Position numbers and translations under genes: made by a program. Below are positions 49,001-62,009 of a DNA stretch of 64,000 nt, one piece after another. Location of the stretch: assembly GCA_950097015.1 (NCBI GenBank), contig CATNEN010000039.1:18290001-18354000 (forward strand), given 5' to 3'. This DNA comes from Macrostomum hystrix. Lineage: Eukaryota > Animalia > Platyhelminthes. The notes under the pieces were generated by a model. The model searched no databases, was not told the DNA's origin, and saw nothing but the letters and a program-made list of their open reading frames with translations. Numbering within the stretch: position 1 is the stretch's first letter; each line of letters starts with the position of its first letter.

Positions 49001-50648
49001 AGTCTGTAGGGTCTTGCCCAGACCCATCTCATCGGCTAGGATGGCGCCGTGGCCAGAGCTGAATTTCGAGCCCAACCAGTCGGCGCCAAATACCTGATAG
49101 TCACGCAGTGTGCCACCTGTGAGGGAACAATAGGAGCTTGACTTGGCACTGTTGATTGACCTAATGCAACTAAACTAAAACTTATATTTCATGCCTGCTA
49201 ACCCCTACATTTCATGCCTGCTAACCCCTACATTTCACGTCTGCTAACCCCGACATTTCACGTCTGCTAACCCCGACATTTCACGTCTGCTAACCCCGAC
49301 ATTTCATGTCTGCTAACCCCGACATTTCATGTCTGCTAACCCCTACATTTCACGTCTGCTAAACACTACATTTCACGTCTGCTAACCCCTACATTTCATG
49401 CCTGCTAACCCCGACATTTCATGTCTGCTAACCCCTACATTTCACGTCTGCTAAACACTACATTTCACGTCTGCTAACCCCTACATTTCATGCCTGCTAA
49501 CCCCTACATTTCACGTCTGCTAACCCCGACATTTCACGTCTGCTAACCCCGACATTTCACGTCTGCTAACCCCTACATTTCATGTCTGCTAACCCCTACA
49601 TTTCACGTCTGCTAAACACTACATTTCACGTCTGCTAACCCCTACATTTCATGCCTGCTAACCCCGACATTTCATGTCTGCTAACCCCTACATTTCATGT
49701 CTGCTAACCCGACATTTCATGTCTGCTAACCCCGACATTTCACGTCTGCTAACCCCGACATTTCATGCCTGCTAACCCCTACATTTCACGTCTGCTAACC
49801 CCTACATTTCATGCCTGCTAACCCCGACATTTCATGTCTGCTAACCCCTACATTTCATGTCTGCTAACCCCTACATTTCACGTCTGCTAAACACTACATT
49901 TCACGTCTGCTAACCCCTACATTTCATGCCTGCTAACCCCGACATTTCATGTCTGCTAACCCCTACATTTCATGTCTGCTAACCCGACATTTCATGTCTG
50001 CTAACCCCGACATTTCACGTCTGCTAACCCCGACATTTCATGCCTGCTAACCCCTACATTTCACGTCTGCTAACCCCTACATTTCATGCCTGCTAACCCC
50101 GACATTTCATGTCTGCTAACCCCTACATTTCATGTCTGCTAACCCCTACATTTCACGTCTGCTAACCCCTACATTTCATGTCTGCTAACCCCTACATTTC
50201 ATGTCTGCTAACCCCTACATTTCACGTCTGCTAACCCCTACATTTCATGCCTGCTAACCCCGACATTTCATGTCTGCTAACCCCTACATTTCATGTCTGC
50301 TAACCCGACATTTCATGTCTGCTAACCCCGACATTTCACGTCTGCTAACCCCGACATTTCATGCCTGCTAACCCATACATTTCACGTCTGCTAACCCCTA
50401 CATTTCATGCCTGCTAACCCCGACATTTCATGTCTGCTAACCCCGACATTTCATGTCTGCTAACCCCTACATTTCATGTCTGCTAACCCCTACATTTCAT
50501 GTCTGCTAACTCACTGTGTACAAAAATCTTATAAATCACGTAAAAGTACAGCTTTAACGGCACCTCTGATATTTTTGCCGTAGAATTCCGCTCCCAGAGG
50601 CTTCGAATTGTCGACAATGCGGGCGATGGCCGCTTTAACAGCGTCCAT
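40072..50648 (-). CDS. CHD1L: CHD1L/ALC1 chromatin remodeller (SNF2 ATPase, macrodomain) with extra C-terminal BRCT; exons 50648-50564, 49116-48764, 48117-48004, 47929-47770, 47050-46892, 46813-46721, 45158-44988, 44908-44680, 43776-43611, 42342-41959, 41722-41123, 40788-40072
   Basis: [67 protein letters not shown]; ALC1 macro [33 protein letters not shown]; all 11 introns GT-AG with matching phases. Confidence 0.93.
40800..40952. repeat. Degenerate 7-bp (TGAGTTA-like) repeat in CHD1L intron 11
   Basis: atgagtt/atgagcc/gtgagtc units. Confidence 0.7.
42405..43560. repeat. 16-bp minisatellite in CHD1L intron 9
   Basis: gaactatgggatctgt tandem units. Confidence 0.97.
43985..44140 (+). mobile_element. 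SINE family B 5' part with tRNA-like head
   Basis: A-box-like GTGGCAGAGCGGTCTAACGCG, then body shared with 21455 and 48375. Confidence 0.6.
44140..44655. repeat. 46-bp minisatellite in CHD1L intron 8
   Basis: aaactttcgttaaagtacatttaaactgcgtgatgatatcagtgca, about 11 units. Confidence 0.95.
45298..46680. repeat. 24-bp minisatellite in CHD1L intron 6 (same family as 51678-61680)
   Basis: gattctagctacggttcctgatgc switching to gattctagctacagtttctaatgt. Confidence 0.97.
47170..47722. repeat. 23-bp minisatellite in CHD1L intron 4
   Basis: ggatctaaagtacacgccaatta. Confidence 0.95.
48375..48622 (+). mobile_element. SINE family B, diverged copy in CHD1L intron 2
   Basis: gagcgttctaacgcgtttgcctctcg..gggcgcagcc..gaaggctt..cagatgtacac..aaattatgtg..cacagccc. 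Confidence 0.55.
49187..50510. repeat. 23-bp minisatellite in CHD1L intron 1
   Basis: acatttca(t/c)gtctgctaacccc(t/g). Confidence 0.97.
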
Positions 50649-50873
50649 AGTAACTGTAGTGAAGTAGTGTTAAAATCAAGCCTTTTTAGCAGCCAAACAG
50701 AGTGCAAAAATAGATGGCCTTTTAACGGCTGCAATGCTGAAGTAAAGACAGTGTATGAATCATTTTGTAAAAAACTCATTTAACTATGGAGTTTCATGCA
50801 AACATTTCCTTATAAATTTGTTTCTAGACAAACAGAATGATAGCATCAATTTAAAATCACACAAAAAGCTTTT

Positions 50874-51390
50874 CGAAATTAAAGCGAACTCCGCCAAAGC
50901 TGCTGTCAGCGGACAGTTGATCACGAATAGCCGACAGAGAGGGTAGCCAAGGCATCGCCGGAACTTTATTGCCTACAGGCGCGAAAAGGGATTGGGGATC
51001 TGAGGGAATTCGGGATCTGAAGGAATTTGGGATCTGAGGGAATTTGGGATCAGAGGGAATTTAGAATCTCAGGAAATTTGGGATTGGAGGGCATTTGGGA
51101 TCTGATAGGATTTGGGATCAGAGGGAATTAGGGATCTCAGGGAATTTCAGGATCTGAGGGAATTTGGGATCAGAGTGAATTTTAGGATCTGAGGGAATTA
51201 GGGATCTGGGGGAATTTGGGATCTGAGGGAATTTGGGATATGAGGGAATTTGGGATATGAGGGAATTTGGGATTAGAGGGCATTTGGGATCAGAGGGCAT
51301 TTGGGATCTGAGGGCATTTGGGATCTGAGAAGATTTGGGATATGAGGGAATTAGGGATCTGAGAAAATCTGAGGGAATTTAAGATCTAAG
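50874..51390 (-). pseudogene. Partial duplicate of ALKBH2 (5' part of exon 2 plus intron repeat) flanked by 60-bp direct repeats
   Basis: Matches 62348-62863; flanks 50809-50868 and 51393-51452 are identical. Confidence 0.9.
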
Positions 51391-51534
51391 ATCTTATAAA
51401 TTTGTTTCTAGACAAACAGAATGATAGCATCAATTTAAAATCACACAAAAAGTGAAGGGTAATCACTATTGATTACACTTTGTGTAGGGCTGTCGGATTG
51501 GTACTTTACGAGCGAAAGTTGAAATACAAACCAA

Positions 51535-51620
51535 TGGGGCCTCGCCGCGGAATTGAGATCATTGACATTTGTGCGAGCGGTATAGCGTTAGACCACCCTG
51601 GCACTCACACCTAATCCCTG
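51535..51620 (-). mobile_element. SINE family B head fragment
   Basis: Reverse complement resembles 43985-44060 (gtgagtg..ggtctaacgc..ctcgcac..cgcggcgaggcc). Confidence 0.5.
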
Positions 51621-51677
51621 TATATATAGATTTCGTTTTCGCATTAAAATGATGTGTACAGCTGCACAGAATAAGGA

Positions 51678-54600
51678 TCCTGATGCGATTCTAGCTACGG
51701 TTCCTGATGCGATTCTAGCTACGGTTTCTGGTGCGATTCTAGCTACGGTTTCTGGTGCGATTCTAGCTACGGTTCCTGATGCGATTCTAGCTACGGTTTC
51801 TGGTGCGATTCTAGCTACGGTTCCTGATGCGATTCTAGCTACGGTTTCTGGTGCGATTCTAGCTACGGTTTCTGGTGCGATTCTAGCTACGGTTTCTGGT
51901 GCGATTCTAGCTACGGTTCCTGATGCGATTCTAGCTACGGTTTCTGGTGCGATTCTAGCTACGGTTCCTGATGCGATTCTAGCTACGGTTTCTGGTGCGA
52001 TTCTAGCTACGGTTCCTGATGCGATTCTAGCTACGGTTCCTGGTGCGATTCTAGCTACGGTTCCTGATGCGATTCTAGCTTCGGTTCCTGATGCGATTCT
52101 AGCTACGGTTCCTGATGCGATTCTAGCTACGGTTTCTGATGCAGTTCTAGCTACGGTTCCTGATGCAGTTCTAGCTACGGTTCCTGATGCAGTTCTAGCT
52201 ACGGTTCCTGATGCGATTCTAGCTACGGTTACTGATGCAGTTCTAGCTACGGTTCCTGATGCAGTTCTAGCTACGGTTCCTGATGCGATTCTAGCTACGG
52301 TTACTGATGCAGTTCTAGCTACGGTTCCTGATGCGATTCTAGCTACGGTTCCTGATGCAGTTCTAGCTACGGTTCCTGATGCGATTCTAGCTACGGTTAC
52401 TGATGCAGTTCTAGCTACGGTTCCTGATGCAGTTCTAGCTACGGTTCCTGATGCAGTTCTAGCTACGGTTCCTGATGCGATTCTAGCTGCGGTTCCTGAT
52501 GCGATTCTAGCTACGGTTACTGATGCAGTTCTAGCTACGGTTCCTGATGCGATTCTAGCTACGGTTCCTGATGCAGTTCTAGCTACGGTTCCTGATGCGA
52601 TTCTAGCTACGGTTCCTGATGCAGTTCTAGCTACGGTTCCTGATGCAGTTCTAGCTACGGTTCCTGATGCAGTTCTAGCTACGGTTCCTGATGCGATTCT
52701 AGCTACGGTTACTGATGCAGTTCTAGCTACGGTTCCTGATGCAGTTCTAGCTACGGTTCCTGATGCGATTCTAGCTACGGTTACTGATGCAGTTCTAGCT
52801 ACGGTTCCTGATGCGATTCTAGCTACGGTTCCTGATGCAGTTCTAGCTACGGTTCCTGATGCGATTCTAGCTACGGTTCCTGATGCAGTTCTAGCTACGG
52901 TTCCTGATGCGATTCTAGCTGCGGTTCCTGATGCGATTCTAGCTACGGTTCCTGATGCGATTCTAGCTACGGCTTCTGGTGCGATTCTAGCTACGGTTTC
53001 TGGTGCGATTCTAGCTACGGTTCCTGATGCGATTCTAGCTACGGTTTCTGGTGCGATTCTAGCTACGGTTCCTGATGCGATTCTAGCTACGGTTTCTGGT
53101 GCGATTCTAGCTACGGTTTCTGTTGCGATTCTAGCTACGGTTTCTGGTGCGATTCTAGCTACGGTTCCTGATGCGATTCTAGCTACGGTTTCTGGTGCGA
53201 TTCTAGCTACGGTTCCTGATGCGATTCTAGCTACGGTTTCTGGTGCGATTCTAGCTACGGTTCCTGATGCGATTCTAGCTACGGTTCCTGGTGCGATTCT
53301 AGCTACGGTTCCTGATGCGATTCTAGCTTCGGTTCCTGATGCGATTCTAGCTACGGTTCCTGATGCAGTTCTAGCTACGGTTTCTGATGCAGTTCTAGCT
53401 ACGGTTCCTGATGCAGTTCTAGCTACGGTTCCTGATGCAGTTCTAGCTACGGTTCCTGATGCGATTCTAGCTACGGTTACTGATGCAGTTCTAGCTACGG
53501 TTCCTGATGCAGTTCTAGCTACGGTTCCTGATGCGATTCTAGCTACGGTTACTGATGCAGTTCTAGCTACGGTTCCTGATGCGATTCTAGCTACGGTTCC
53601 TGATGCAGTTCTAGCTACGGTTCCTGATGCGATTCTAGCTACGGTTCCTGATGCAGTTCTAGCTACGGTTCCTGATGCAGTTCTAGCTACGGTTCCTGAT
53701 GCAGTTCTAGCTACGGTTCCTGATGCGATTCTAGCTGCGGTTCCTGATGCGATTCTAGCTACGGTTACTGATGCAGTTCTAGCTACGGTTCCTGATGCGA
53801 TTCTAGCTACGGTTCCTGATGCAGTTCTAGCTACGGTTCCTGATGCGATTCTAGCTACGGTTCCTGATGCAGTTCTAGCTACGGTTCCTGATGCAGTTCT
53901 AGCTACGGTTCCTGATGCAGTTCTAGCTACGGTTCCTGATGCGATTCTAGCTACGGTTACTGATGCAGTTCTAGCTACGGTTCCTGATGCAGTTCTAGCT
54001 ACGGTTCCTGATGCGATTCTAGCTACGGTTACTGATGCAGTTCTAGCTACGGTTCCTGATGCGATTCTAGCTACGGTTCCTGATGCAGTTCTAGCTACGG
54101 TTCCTGATGCGATTCTAGCTACGGTTCCTGATGCAGTTCTAGCTACGGTTCCTGATGCGATTCTAGCTGCGGTTCCTGATGCGATTCTAGCTACGGTTCC
54201 TGATGCGATTCTAGCTACGGCTTCTGGTGCGATTCTAGCTACGGTTTCTGGTGCGATTCTAGCTACGGTTCCTGATGCGATTCTAGCTACGGTTTCTGGT
54301 GCGATTCTAGCTACGGTTCCTGATGCGATTCTAGCTACGGTTTCTGGTGCGATTCTAGCTACGGTTTCTGTTGCGATTCTAGCTACGGTTTCTGGTGCGA
54401 TTCTAGCTACGGTTCCTGATGCGATTCTAGCTACGGTTTCTGGTGCGATTCTAGCTACGGTTCCTGATGCGATTCTAGCTACGGTTTCTGGTGCGATTCT
54501 AGCTACGGTTCCTGATGCGATTCTAGCTACGGTTCCTGGTGCGATTCTAGCTACGGTTCCTGATGCGATTCTAGCTTCGGTTCCTGATGCGATTCTAGCT

Positions 54601-57600
54601 AAGGTTCCTGATGCAGTTCTAGCTACGGTTTCTGATGCAGTTCTAGCTATGGTTCCTGATGCAGTTCTAGCTACGGTTCCTGATGCAGTTCTAGCTACGG
54701 TTCCTGATGCGATTCTAGCTACGGTTACTGATGCAGTTCTAGCTACGGTTCCTGATGCAGTTCTAGCTACGGTTCCTGATGCGATTCTAGCTACGGTTAC
54801 TGATGCAGTTCTAGCTACGGTTCCTGATGCGATTCTAGCTACGGTTCCTGATGCAGTTCTAGCTACGGTTCCTGATGCGATTCTAGCTACGGTTCCTGAT
54901 GCAGTTCTAGCTACGGTTCCTGATGCAGTTCTAGCTACGGTTCCTGATGCGATTCTAGCTGCGGTTCCTGATGCGATTCTAGCTACGGTTCCTGATGCAG
55001 TTCTAGCTACGGTTCCTGATGCAGTACTAGCTACGGTTCCTGATGCAGTTCTAGCTACGGTTCCTGATGCAGTTCTAGCTACGGTTTCTGATGCAGTTCT
55101 AGCTACGGTTCCTGATGCAGTTCTAGCTACGGTTCCTGATGCAGTTCTAGCTACGGTTCCTGATGCGATTCTAGCTACGGTTACTGATGCAGTTCTAGCT
55201 ACGGTTCCTGATGCAGTTCTAGCTACGGTTCCTGATGCGATTCTAGCTACGGTTACTGATGCAGTTCTAGCTACGGTTCCTGATGCGATTCTAGCTACGG
55301 TTCCTGATGCAGTTCTAGCTACGGTTCCTGATGCAGTTCTAGCTACGGTTCCTGATGCGATTCTAGCTGCGGTTCCTGATGCGATTCTAGCTACGGTTCC
55401 TGATGCAGTTCTAGCTACGGTTCCTGATGCAGTTCTAGCTACGGTTCCTGATGCAGTTCTAGCTACGGTTCCTGATGCAGTTCTAGCTACGGTTCCTGAT
55501 GCAGTTCTAGCTACGGTTCCTGATGCGATTCTAGCTGCGGTTCCTGATGCGATTCTAGCTACGATTCCTGATGCAGTTCTAGCTACGGTTCCTGATGCAG
55601 TTCTAGCTACGGTTCCTGATGCAGTTCTAGCTACGGTTCCTGATGCAGTTCTAGCTACGGTTCCTGATGCAGTTCTAGCTACGGTTCCTGATGCAGTTCT
55701 AGCTACGGTTCCTGATGCGATTCTAGCTACGGTTACTGATGCAGTTCTAGCTACGGTTCCTGATGCGATTCTAGCTACGGTTCCTGATGCAGTTCTAGCT
55801 ACGGTTCCTGATGCGATTCTAGCTACGGTTCCTGATGCAGTTCTAGCTACGGTTCCTGATGCAGTTCTAGCTACGGTTCCTGATGCGATTCTAGCTACGG
55901 TTCCTGGTGCGATTCTAGCTACGGTTCCTGATGCGATTCTAGCTACGGTTCCTGATGCGATTCTAGCTACGGTTCCTGATGCAGTTCTAGCTACGGTTCC
56001 TGATGCGATTCTAGCTACGGTTCCTGATGCAGTTCTAGCTACGGTTCCTGATGCAGTTCTAGCTACGGTTCCTGATGCGATTCTAGCTGCGGTTCCTGAT
56101 GCGATTCTAGCTACGGTTCCTGATGCAGTTCTAGCTACGGTTCCTGATGCAGTTCTAGCTACGGTTCCTGATGCAGTTCTAGCTACGGTTCCTGATGCAG
56201 TTCTAGCTACGGTTCCTGATGCAGTTCTAGCTACGGTTCCTGATGCGATTCTAGCTGCGGTTCCTGATGCGATTCTAGCTACGATTCCTGATGCAGTTCT
56301 AGCTACGGTTCCTGATGCAGTTCTAGCTACGGTTCCTGATGCAGTTCTAGCTACGGTTCCTGATGCAGTTCTAGCTACGGTTCCTGATGCAGTTCTAGCT
56401 ACGGTTCCTGATGCAGTTCTAGCTACGGTTCCTGATGCGATTCTAGCTACGGTTACTGATGCAGTTCTAGCTACGGTTCCTGATGCGATTCTAGCTACGG
56501 TTCCTGATGCAGTTCTAGCTACGGTTCCTGATGCGATTCTAGCTACGGTTCCTGATGCAGTTCTAGCTACGGTTCCTGATGCAGTTCTAGCTACGGTTCC
56601 TGATGCGATTCTAGCTACGGTTCCTGATACGATTCTAGCTACGGTTCCTGATGCAGTTCTAGCTACGGTTTCTGATGCAGTTCTAGCTACGGTTCCTGAT
56701 GCAGTTCTAGCTACGATTCCTGATGCAGTTCTAGCTACGATTCCTGATGCAGTTCTAGCTACGGTTCCTGATGCAGTTCTAGCTACGGTTCCTGATGCAG
56801 TTCTAGCTACGGTTCCTGATGCAGTTCTAGCTACGGTTCCTGATGCAGTTCTAGCTACGGTTCCTGATGCGATTCTAGCTACGGTTCCTGGTGCGATTCT
56901 AGCTACGGTTCCTGATGCGATTCTAGCTACGGTTCCTGATGCGATTCTAGCTACGGTTCCTGATGCAGTTCTAGCTACGGTTCCTGATGCGATTCTAGCT
57001 ACGGTTCCTGATGCAGTTCTAGCTACGGTTCCTGATGCAGTTCTAGCTACGGTTCCTGATGCGATTCTAGCTGCGGTTCCTGATGCGATTCTAGCTACGG
57101 TTCCTGATGCAGTTCTAGCTACGGTTCCTGATGCAGTTCTAGCTACGGTTCCTGATGCAGTTCTAGCTACGGTTCCTGATGCAGTTCTAGCTACGGTTCC
57201 TGATGCAGTTCTAGCTACGGTTCCTGATGCGATTCTAGCTGCGGTTCCTGATGCGATTCTAGCTACGATTCCTGATGCAGTTCTAGCTACGGTTCCTGAT
57301 GCAGTTCTAGCTACGGTTCCTGATGCAGTTCTAGCTGCGGTTCCTGATGCGATTCTAGCTACGGTTCCTGATGCAGTTCTAGCTACGGTTCCTGATGCAG
57401 TTCTAGCTACGGTTCCTGATGCAGTTCTAGCTACGGTTCCTGATGCAGTTCTAGCTACGGTTCCTGATGCAGTTCTAGCTACGGTTCCTGATGCGATTCT
57501 AGCTGCGGTTCCTGATGCGATTCTAGCTACGATTCCTGATGCAGTTCTAGCTACGGTTCCTGATGCAGTTCTAGCTACGGTTCCTGATGCAGTTCTAGCT

Positions 57601-60600
57601 ACGGTTCCTGATGCAGTTCTAGCTACGGTTCCTGATGCAGTTCTAGCTACGGTTCCTGATGCAGTTCTAGCTACGGTTCCTGATGCGATTCTAGCTACGG
57701 TTACTGATGCAGTTCTAGCTACGGTTCCTGATGCGATTCTAGCTACGGTTCCTGATGCAGTTCTAGCTACGGTTCCTGATGCGATTCTAGCTACGGTTCC
57801 TGATGCAGTTCTAGCTACGGTTCCTGATGCAGTTCTAGCTACGGTTCCTGATGCGATTCTAGCTACGGTTCCTGATACGATTCTAGCTACGGTTCCTGAT
57901 GCAGTTCTAGCTACGGTTTCTGATGCAGTTCTAGCTACGGTTCCTGATGCAGTTCTAGCTACGATTCCTGATGCAGTTCTAGCTACGATTCCTGATGCAG
58001 TTCTAGCTACGGTTCCTGATGCAGTTCTAGCTACGGTTCCTGATGCAGTTCTAGCTACGGTTCCTGATGCAGTTCTAGCTACGGTTCCTGATGCAGTTCT
58101 AGCTACGGTTCCTGATGCGATTCTAGCTACGGTTCCTGGTGCGATTCTAGCTACGGTTCCTGATGCGATTCTAGCTACGGTTCCTGATGCGATTCTAGCT
58201 ACGGTTCCTGATGCAGTTCTAGCTACGGTTCCTGATGCGATTCTAGCTACGGTTCCTGATGCAGTTCTAGCTACGGTTCCTGATGCAGTTCTAGCTACGG
58301 TTCCTGATGCGATTCTAGCTGCGGTTCCTGATGCGATTCTAGCTACGGTTCCTGATGCAGTTCTAGCTACGGTTCCTGATGCAGTTCTAGCTACGGTTCC
58401 TGATGCAGTTCTAGCTACGGTTCCTGATGCAGTTCTAGCTACGGTTCCTGATGCAGTTCTAGCTACGGTTCCTGATGCGATTCTAGCTGCGGTTCCTGAT
58501 GCGATTCTAGCTACGGTTCCTGATGCAGTTCTAGCTACGGTTCCTGATGCAGTTCTAGCTACGGTTCCTGATGCAGTTCTAGCTACGATTCCTGATGCAG
58601 TTCTAGCTACGGTTCCTGATGCAGTTCTAGCTACGGTTCCTGATGCAGTTCTAGCTACGGTTCCTGATGCAGTTCTAGCTACGGTTCCTGATGCAGTTCT
58701 AGCTACGGTTCCTGATGCAGTTCTAGCTACGGTTCCTGATGCGATTATAGCTACGGTTACTGATGCAGTTCTAGCTACGGTTCCTGATGCGATTCTAGCT
58801 ACGGTTCCTGATGCAGTTCTAGCTACGGTTCCTGATGCGATTCTAGCTACGGTTCCTGATGCAGTTCTAGCTACGGTTCCTGATGCAGTTCTAGCTACGG
58901 TTCCTGATGCGATTCTAGCTACGGTTCCTGATACGATTCTAGCTACGGTTCCTGATGCAGTTCTAGCTACGGTTTCTGATGCAGTTCTAGCTACGGTTCC
59001 TGATGCAGTTCTAGCTACGGTTCCTGATGCAGTTCTAGCTACGGTTCCTGATGCGATTCTAGCTGCGGTTCCTGATGCGATTCTAGCTACGGTTCCTGAT
59101 GCAGTTCTAGCTACGGTTCCTGATGCAGTTCTAGCTACGGTTCCTGATGCAGTTCTAGCTACGGTTCCTGATGCAGTTCTAGCTACGGTTCCTGATGCAG
59201 TTCTAGCTACGGTTCCTGATGCGATTCTAGCTGCGGTTCCTGATGCGATTCTAGCTACGATTCCTGATGCAGTTCTAGCTACGGTTCCTGATGCAGTTCT
59301 AGCTACGGTTCCTGATGCAGTTCTAGCTACGGTTCCTGATGCAGTTCTAGCTACGGTTCCTGATGCAGTTCTAGCTACGGTTCCTGATGCAGTTCTAGCT
59401 ACGGTTCCTGATGCGATTCTAGCTACGGTTACTGATGCAGTTCTAGCTACGGTTCCTGATGCGATTCTAGCTACGGTTCCTGATGCAGTTCTAGCTACGG
59501 TTCCTGATGCAGTTCTAGCTACGGTTCCTGATGCGATTCTAGCTGCGGTTCCTGATGCGATTCTAGCTACGGTTCCTGATGCAGTTCTAGCTACGGTTCC
59601 TGATGCAGTTCTAGCTACGGTTCCTGATGCAGTTCTAGCTACGATTCCTGATGCAGTTCTAGCTACGGTTCCTGATGCAGTTCTAGCTACGGTTCCTGAT
59701 GCAGTTCTAGCTACGGTTCCTGATGCAGTTCTAGCTACGGTTCCTGATGCAGTTCTAGCTACGGTTCCTGATGCAGTTCTAGCTACGGTTCCTGATGCGA
59801 TTATAGCTACGGTTACTGATGCAGTTCTAGCTACGGTTCCTGATGCGATTCTAGCTACGGTTCCTGATGCAGTTCTAGCTACGGTTCCTGATGCGATTCT
59901 AGCTACGGTTCCTGATGCAGTTCTAGCTACGGTTCCTGATGCAGTTCTAGCTACGGTTCCTGATGCGATTCTAGCTACGGTTCCTGATACGATTCTAGCT
60001 ACGGTTCCTGATGCAGTTCTAGCTACGGTTTCTGATGCAGTTCTAGCTACGGTTCCTGATGCAGTTCTAGCTACGATTCCTGATGCAGTTCTAGCTACGA
60101 TTCCTGATGCAGTTCTAGCTACGGTTCCTGATGCAGTTCTAGCTACGGTTCCTGATGCAGTTCTAGCTACGGTTCCTGATGCAGTTCTAGCTACGGTTCC
60201 TGATGCAGTTCTAGCTACGGTTCCTGATGCGATTCTAGCTACGGTTCCTGGTGCGATTCTAGCTACGGTTCCTGATGCGATTCTAGCTACGGTTCCTGAT
60301 GCGATTCTAGCTACGGTTCCTGATGCAGTTCTAGCTACGGTTCCTGATGCGATTCTAGCTACGGTTCCTGATGCAGTTCTAGCTACGGTTCCTGATGCAG
60401 TTCTAGCTACGGTTCCTGATGCGATTCTAGCTGCGGTTCCTGATGCGATTCTAGCTACGGTTCCTGATGCAGTTCTAGCTACGGTTCCTGATGCAGTTCT
60501 AGCTACGGTTCCTGATGCAGTTCTAGCTACGGTTCCTGATGCAGTTCTAGCTACGGTTCCTGATGCAGTTCTAGCTACGGTTCCTGATGCGATTCTAGCT

Positions 60601-61680
60601 GCGGTTCCTGATGCGATTCTAGCTACGATTCCTGATGCAGTTCTAGCTACGGTTCCTGATGCAGTTCTAGCTACGGTTCCTGATGCAGTTCTAGCTACGG
60701 TTCCTGATGCAGTTCTAGCTACGGTTCCTGATGCAGTTCTAGCTACGGTTCCTGATGCAGTTCTAGCTACGGTTCCTGATGCGATTCTAGCTACGGTTAC
60801 TGATGCAGTTCTAGCTACGGTTCCTGATGCGATTCTAGCTACGGTTCCTGATGCAGTTCTAGCTACGGTTCCTGATGCAGTTCTAGCTACGGTTCCTGAT
60901 GCGATTCTAGCTGCGGTTCCTGATGCGATTCTAGCTACGGTTCCTGATGCAGTTCTAGCTACGGTTCCTGATGCAGTTCTAGCTACGGTTCCTGATGCAG
61001 TTCTAGCTACGGTTCCTGATGCAGTTCTAGCTACGGTTCCTGATGCAGTTCTAGCTACGGTTCCTGATGCGATTCTAGCTGCGGTTCCTGATGCGATTCT
61101 AGCTACGGTTCCTGATGCAGTTCTAGCTACGGTTCCTGATGCAGTTCTAGCTACGGTTCCTGATGCAGTTCTAGCTACGGTTCCTGATGCAGTTCTAGCT
61201 ACGGTTCCTGATGCAGTTCTAGCTACGGTTCCTGATGCGATTCTAGCTGCGGTTCCTGATGCGATTCTAGCTACGGTTACTGATGCAGTTCTAGCTACGG
61301 TTCCTGATGCGATTCTAGCTACGGTTCCTGATGCAGTTCTAGCTACGGTTCCTGATGCGATTCTAGCTACGGTTCCTGATGCAGTTCTAGCTACGGTTCC
61401 TGATGCAGTTCTAGCTACGGTTCCTGATGCGATTCTAGCTACGGTTCCTGATGCGATTCTAGCTACGGTTCCTGATGCAGTTCTAGCTACGGTTTCTGAT
61501 GCAGTTCTAGCTACGGTTCCTGATGCAGTTCTAGCTACGATTCCTGATGCAGTTCTAGCTACGATTCCTGATGCAGTTCTAGCTACGGTTCCTGATGCAG
61601 TTCTAGCTACGGTTCCTGATGCAGTTCTAGCTACGGTTCCTGATGCAGTTCTAGCTACGGTTCCTGATGCAGTTCTAGCT
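51678..61680. repeat. 10-kb 24-bp satellite (about 415 units) with higher-order repeats
   Basis: ttctagctacggttcctgatgc(ga/ag); rare variants recur at 720, 1056 and 1248 bp spacings. Confidence 0.98.
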
Positions 61681-62009
61681 CGTTTCCACGTGAGATTATT
61701 GAGCTAGCGCGTACGCTTCCAGTTGCGATTCTAGCTACGGTGTGCGCTCAATTTGGCAAAATCCCCCCTCGCTGGCTGCGGGTCCACTGACAAAATGATG
61801 TGCTAGTGCCCCAAAAACTGTTTCCTAATGCTAGTTATTTCTAGTTTTAAGCTGCAACCTTTTTTTCGAAGACATCTGCAATATTTTACAGAAATAAGAA
61901 AATAATTTGAAAAAAAAACAATTTTGTATGGAGGCAATTTTTAGAGAAAACAAAGTCACTTCGAAATATATTTAAGGAAAAAAATTAAGTTTGGCAATGT
62001 CGTTAAAAA

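Noticed and set aside
29235-50510. CRISPR-like arrays among the 40-46-bp repeats
   Set aside because: No unique spacers and no cas genes; eukaryotic tandem repeats
51649-61707. 3352-aa (DAVLATVP)n ORF as a protein gene
   Set aside because: It is a stop-free frame of a 24-bp satellite; the same repeat lies inside a CHD1L intron and there are no unique domains
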